DNA from: Heteronotia binoei
Lineage: Eukaryota
NCBI RefSeq assembly: GCF_032191835.1
Contig: NC_083234.1
Span: forward strand, 46,624,001 to 46,688,000
DNA length: 64,000 nt
Direction of reading: 5' to 3'
Within the stretch, counting starts at the first letter, position 1, and each line of letters opens with the position of its first letter. Both the position numbers and the translations under genes were made by a program. This document shows, piece by piece, positions 57,722-64,000 of the stretch. The notes under the pieces are model-generated. The model was not told where the DNA came from and searched no databases. It saw only the letters and a list, made by a program, of their open reading frames with translations.

Positions 57722-60285
57722 TATTGTGGCCAGAAGCATAAATGGATTTTTGTCTACATAGAACTCTTGCAGACAGCTCTTGAAGACAAGTTTGCCAATG
57801 GAAGCCCTTTGTGGAGAGTGAATAGGATTCACCAGGGGTGGACAGCAGACTTCCTTTGGCCTGTGCTATTTGGAGGATTTATAACTTCCCTCTAAATTGC
57901 CTTCGCACATAAACCTTTCAGTAAGCTGGTGCTTTCTCTAAAGCCTCAGAATATGGGTATGGCTGAAGCCCACAAAAAGCCAATGTAATCTGGATTTAAT
58001 TCAAATTACATTAGTTTGAGATGTCCTAAGTGTTTCTGTTTCTTTAGCTGGGGGCCATTAAAAATGGTGAGACAGGAAGTCAGGTGTCAATTGTCTGAAG
58101 GCTAAAAAAAGCCCATTCATTATGACCAAAAGAAATAAGCAGAATGAAGAGGAAACAATGAAGGACCACAAAAAGCAGTGAGAGAGGAGAGCAGGTGTGA
58201 CAAATAGGAACCAAGGGCATTTCTGGTTACTTGGTGCCATCTTTTATACTCAATTTTATCACACCATTGAGTTACACAGGATTAGAGCAATCATTCCAAA
58301 AATGTGCCACCAGTGGACTGTTGGGTATGCTGTGAGTAATAATGAAAATAAAAACACGTTTCTTGTGATCCCAAAGTACCTACCAAAACTAGAGGCTGCC
58401 CACTGCATCTCTGCTTGATATACTGGTCTGGCTTCCCTTCCTTCCAAATGCCTCTGTTGAGAACAGCCGACTCTGCTGCTTCTCTGTGTTGGGTTTGATT
58501 GGATCAGCTGGTCACTCCTGATGGAGAAATAGAGAATCGCCTGTCCTCACAGCAGATATGCTCAGCCTCATGAGAAACCAAAATCTTATGCATTCTAAAA
58601 GTAAAGCTGTTCAGCTGTCAGAAAGAAAGAAGTTATGTCTTCCATTTACATTCAGAGAGAAGTGCTCCATAACTGTCAGAAACTTGAGCAATACTGACCT
58701 AAGAGTATTAAAATGCAACACTTTTCATGAATTTAATAACCAAGAAGAACTGTGTCCAAGAAAAAAGACTTACAGAAAAATATGTCCCACTCTCAGTCTC
58801 TAAAGCTGCAATTAAAATAAAAGTTTCCCCCCTTGCCCTGCAGTGAACCTACCCTCTTCCTTATGCTTGTCGAGTTATCAATCAACTACTGCAAGAACAG
58901 TAGTAAGGAAGACTTTACTTATTTTGCTTTCCACCCCCTGGGCAGCGCTTAGTTTTTCAGGTGGGCTGCTTCAAAAAGTAAGCAGGGTGGACCAGCTTTC
59001 CCTCCTCTCTGGTCCCCAAATTGAACAGCTAGCAAGTCCTTTTACCATCATTGGCCTTCTACCTACATAGTCCTCTTTCCTCTGCCTTGTATATAGGGGT
59101 GGTGGGAAGCTGAGATACCTCAGAGGGCTGAAATCTGACTGGAAACTTTACTTGTTTAAACTAATTATTCTGCAGAAATGTAGAGGACTGTGAGATACAA
59201 CTGACACAGGCATTTGGTGAACCACCCGTGACAAGCAATGCTCCTTCTTGGCCAGAGCCGTTTTGGAACTAGTTACCAACCTCCAGATGGGGCCTGGAGA
59301 TCTCCTGGAATTACAGGTGATATCCAGACCACACAAGGACCAGTTCCCCTGAAGGGAGTGACAGCTTCATCAGGTGGACTTCGTGGTATCACATCCATAC
59401 CCACTCCCTCTGCTTCCCAAATGCTCCCCCTACAGGCACCATCACTACAGCCACCTTGGTGGTTCTGATGAGGGCAGAAAAGCAGGGTATAAATGTTGTA
59501 AATAAATAACAATTAATACATTTCCAGGCATTTCCTAAACTGGAGTTAGCAGACCTTTCCTGACACATATATTTAGTAAATTTATGCTTCAGTATGTGAC
59601 TATTGATATGGCCCAAAGAGTGAGAAAAGAGCATAAAGTCATTAATCAAGCTAGGCCAGAAGCCGAAAGTCTTCTGTTTACAGAGGCTTTCTGGTAAGGT
59701 GCTCCTGGGCTCTCTTAAATGAACAGGGGGATAAGGCACACCAGCCTCTTTCCTGTAGAGGCTCACTTTCTTCCTCGGTTGGTTGGTTGGTTCCTTCAGA
59801 AACCTTAGGACCAAAGCGCTTGTCCTGCTCCATGCCATGAACCAGACTTGTATCCACCAGGCCTTTGAAATCATGTCCAATTTAACATTACTAAATTCCA
59901 GTTCCAAAATGGTGCAACTTCAGTTCTGGCTGCAAAGATGGAGCAGAGCAGGCAGCCTCCGATGGAGTGCAGAGGAGAGGATGGCCCTCCAGCAACCCAC
60001 TGCATTAATTTGCATGGGAAACAGAAAACATGATGCGTGTAAACTGATTGCCATGAACTCTCTGAAGTTAACTATCCATTGGCTTACATCACCAGGTGGA
60101 TATGTGCAGACTGCCCAGAAGTAAAGGCTTTTCCTATCAAAGGGCAGGCCTCTGGTTCAATGTTAAGCTGAGTTATATCCTTTTAAGACCATCAACTTCT
60201 ATGGACTTAGTTGGGTATAAACTTTGTTTATGATGGTGGTACTGTTGAAAAAATATAAACGAGACCACGGAGGAGAGATTAAGCC

Positions 60286-61044
60286 ACAACAAGAAGAAAA
60301 AACTCTCTGTGTAAAATGCAATTTTAACTTCTTGTGAAAAATGAGTATCACAATACAAAACTAATATTATCAGTACATATCACCAAGTTAAAAGCTCATA
60401 AGTTACTCAATGCTCCTACTGCCCTTATGTGGCTAAAAGCCACTATATTACTTTCAGACCAGTGTTAAAAATAGGTGATCCAACGGAGAACCAGTCCGCT
60501 TTGCAAGCCGTTTCGGATCTCAGATCCTGCTTCTAGGGACCATTCTTATAAGAATTGTACAGTTTTCCAGGTCCAGTAATGCCAAATGAAATCCTAGCTT
60601 TCTCTAATTAGCACGCATAATAGCAGGAACGCCATAGGGAGTACTGTCCTTATCAGCAATGGGACGTCTGCATTGCTGATAAGGACAGTACTTCCTATGG
60701 CATTCCTGCTATTATGCGTGCTAATTAGAGAAAGCTAGGATTTCATTTGGTACTACTGGACCTGGAAAACTGTACAATTCTTATAAGAATGGTCCCTAGA
60801 AGCAGGATCTGAGATCCGAAACGGCTTGCAAAGCGAACCGGTTCTCCATTGGACCACCTATTTTTAACACTGGACTGAAAGTAATATAGTGGCTTTTAGC
60901 CACATAAGAGCAGTAGGAACATTGAGTAACTTATGAGGTTTTAACTTGGTGATATGTACTGATAATATTAGTTTTGTATTGTGATACTAATTTTTCACAA
61001 GTTAAAATTGCATTTTACATGGAGAGTTTTTTCCTTTTTGTTGT
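60286..61044. repeat. ~760-bp near-perfect palindrome (two ~375-bp arms, centre GACGTC at 60663-60668)
   Basis: Manual alignment of the left arm with the reverse complement of the right arm gives roughly 94-95% identity and essentially no spacer. Confidence 0.95.
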
Positions 61045-61449
61045 AGTACTGTCAGAAATGCAGATCCATTTTGAGTGGTGTGGCACTATAATAGGAAAAG
61101 GCATGGATACAATATTGAGAAACAGCCTGTACAAAGACTCCTAGAAACACTACAACAATGGAAACATATGTGAGTTTTTCAATGTTTTACCACCTTGAGA
61201 TGAAGAAAGTCCACTTTTAAACTAGACTTTCAATTATCTTTTCTGTGTGATTGCCTTGTGAGTCTTTCTGACATCCTATCAATAAACCATTTTTCTATTT
61301 TACTTCCTGTAGATTTGAACTCTCTAGGTTCTCTCATTCTGAACCATGAAAACAATTCTATTCTAAATGGATCCAGGTGGGTAGCCATATTGTTCTGAAG
61401 TAAGAGAACAAAGTGAGAGTCCAATGGCATCTTTAAGATCAACAGCACA

Positions 61450-61750
61450 ATCCGGGGGGGGGGGGGGGTGCGGAAAGTCTTTTTGGAGAAGACAAGCCGC
61501 TACGTGGGCACAGGAAGGCTTTGCGCCGACATATGACCTGTGCCACCGCAGTGGAGGGGAGTTACGTGGGCGGGGGGCTGCCTGAGCACCGCTCCGCCCG
61601 AGGGCAGCAGCGCCTGAAGGCTGCGCCCGAGCGTGGGCGGAAGTGAGGCAGAGTGTGGTGTTCAGGTGGAGGGGGTGGAGTTGGGGGCAAGGCCAGGCTT
61701 AGGCGGCATCCTGCGGAGTTTGGGTCATGACACGCCCCCCTGAGAAGCGC
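61450..61750. promoter_or_regulatory. CpG island / housekeeping-type promoter of an unidentified gene
   Basis: Local CpG/GC enrichment; GC boxes (GGGCGG), ETS CGGAAGTG, two TACGTG. Confidence 0.6.
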
Positions 61751-63159
61751 AACGTTGTGCCTGCAAAAACAGCACTCAAACTATGTTCATCCATGCAATA
61801 TCTTTTAAAAGGTCCTCAAGTCAATAAAAATTATATTTCCTCCTTGGGCCCTCCTAATGTGACTATAGCTTGGGAATCTCCAACCTTATTGAAACTTGTG
61901 TGGGCACTTCTGGAAGTTTGGAAAACAGGTAGCAGGTATTGTCAGAAAATAGTCACCATAAGGCTGCCTCTCAAAAATGTTGGCAAGTTCAAGCTGAGCA
62001 TCCTAGGATGAGACAGCCGTTTCCAAATTGTTGCTCCTTATAGACACAAAGGGGACACTTCCTGGGCTGCTTCAATAAGGAGGAAAGCCCTGGTTGGTTT
62101 TTAGTGCCAGAAAACGCTTTGATGGGCTCCACACTAGAGGATCACTGCTGTAGATGATCAAACCAACTTTGTTGTACGCAAAACCTAATGCTGACTTAAA
62201 ACAGCACCCTCCCATGCACAGTAGGACTCTCACACTCTCCTTCACTGTGGCTTTTTGTTGATCCCTCTATCAAGGCTGGACTTGTACTAGAACCACTGAA
62301 GCAGTATGGTTCTGTAAATGGTATATGTGTACAGGCCCTAGCACAGCAGCATAATTTAGCCCTCTTCAATGCAGTCTAGTCTTTTCTTTGCCTTGTTTCA
62401 GCCATCAGGAATGCTCTTCTCTAGCTCTAGTGTCTTCCCTATCTTACATAAAGTTGCCCTTATGAGTTTCTGGAAGAAAACTCCTTATGTCCTTTTTGTC
62501 CTCTCCATTTGAGATTGCTGGAAAGAACACCTGATAAATTTAGAACAGGAGATACGTCTTTACACAGCGGGTTGCCAGATTGTAAAATTCACACTCATGG
62601 GAGAAGTGCTTGGGTACTCAGCCTTTGAAATGTTGTATCTGTTGCAGATGTCCTTGGAATAATGAAGTAGTGATTTTGAGAGTGGAATCAGGAGTCTTCA
62701 ACAGGAATTTTTCCTCCTAGACACAGACATCCCTTTCCATTTCATTCTGGTCTAAGAGTGAATGAACTGAAACTTAGCCAAGACAAGGCAGAAGCGCTAA
62801 TTAAGATGACACAGGAATATACATATAACCTGTTCTCAGCTGGGTTCTGCTTCCCTTGATACATCAGGAACACAGCCCAGGGTGTTCCTGGGCGTTTAGA
62901 TGTTACTGGACTTAAAAAATGGTGGAGAAAACTGGGGTCCCTTTTATCAGCTTAGACTCATTCTTCCATTGCAACCATTCCTGGAGAAACTAGACAAGTG
63001 TTTGAATTAATTCAGGCTAGACTACTGTCAAACTCCACAGGTAGGATAGCCTTGGAAGATGATCCGGAAATTCTAATTGTTACAAAATGAAGCAATGAGA
63101 GTCTTGACTGAGGTTTGCCATAATAAACAAACACCACCAGTACTTTGCTAGTTAGCCAT

Positions 63160-63355
63160 GTCCTGGATAGCCTAAGCTAGCCTGATCTCATCAGATCTTG
63201 GAAGCTATGCAGGATTGACCTTGGCTAGTATTTGGATGGGAGACCTCTGAAATATACCAGGGTTGTGATGCAGAAGCAGGCAATGGCAAACCACCTCTGA
63301 ATATCTCTTGCCTTGAAAACCCTACAGGGAAGTCAGTTGTGACCTGACAGCATTT
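63160..63355 (+). mobile_element. 5S rRNA-headed SINE with RTE/Bov-B-like tail (5S-Sauria-like)
   Basis: gcctgatctcatcagatcttggaagcta...gtatttggatgggagacc (5S-like) followed by ggcaatggcaaaccacctctg...ccttgaaaacccta. Confidence 0.75.
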
Positions 63356-64000
63356 TCCTTGGCCACTTTCCTAGTTGCACTTGCTCCTTGTCTATTTCCA
63401 GGACTGAGGCCTTAATCTGGAAAGCCAATTCCATGACCAAGGCTTTGATCTGTAAAGCTATAAACAGTTTGAATCTGGGGTATCCAAAGGACCATTTTTA
63501 CTCATATCAATATGCCCAAATATCTTCTGTCTCCCCAAATTTCTCTCTTGAATTTAATGTGTTTAACAGACATGTTTTGCATTTTATAAACTGATTCTAT
63601 ATATGTATTCTGATTGCTTGAATGTATTTTATTCCACTCAAGTTACTTGTTTTCCAACAGTGACAAATCTCTATTTCTTTCCTTACATGCTGTAGAACCC
63701 CATCATGTTGACATAAATCCCTAAAATAACAGTGTTATAGTCTAAGTTTTATAATTGTTTGTTTAGAGTACAGAAAGAAGCATGCAAACGAATGAATGCA
63801 AAACAGAAAACGTGCATATTCAGTTGCTTAATCTGAGGGCTAAATCCAGGTCTTTTGGCTACAGAATTAGGATGAATTTTGGCTGGACAAACTCCAAGTC
63901 AGCGGCTTTGAAGACAGAGTAGGCATAATGCATAACCTAGGTCTTGGGCTCTGATCTCTCTGGTGTCTTAGCTGCTTGTGAATCCAGACCATCCAAAGCT

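Noticed and set aside
59389-59907. 172-aa minus-strand ORF with LDMISKAW, faintly like an RT motif
   Set aside because: Similarity is too short, and there is no other RT motif or splice support.
63175-63250. 5S rRNA-like sequence (also at ~40850, 38760, 35100, 6700)
   Set aside because: Partial, diverged and fused to an RTE-like tail: SINE heads, not rRNA genes.

Overview
Vertebrate nuclear DNA, most likely a gecko (inferred from the squamate SINEs, hAT MITEs, CR1 and Penelope-like remnants). I reconstructed four intact protein-coding genes exon by exon, with splice phases checked. (1) NEURL3 (+, 4 coding exons, 285 aa). (2) NCAPH, condensin I kleisin (-, 17 coding exons, 719 aa, one GC-AG intron). 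(3) ITPRIPL1 (-, single coding exon, 520 aa). (4) A divergent Pitx-family K50 homeobox gene (+, 3 coding exons, about 271 aa). The NEURL3-NCAPH-ITPRIPL1 block matches the order and orientation I recall for human 2q11.2, where no PITX gene is known. The homeobox gene is therefore the best candidate for novelty: a retained fourth Pitx ohnologue, distinct from PITX1/2/3. Other notable items are a ~760-bp nearly spacer-less palindrome (60286-61044), a hammerhead-ribozyme-like Penelope motif, a Ty3/Gypsy gag remnant, an unassigned CpG-island promoter near 61.6 kb and a 128-N assembly gap. All homology calls come from memory of family sequences; no searches were run.
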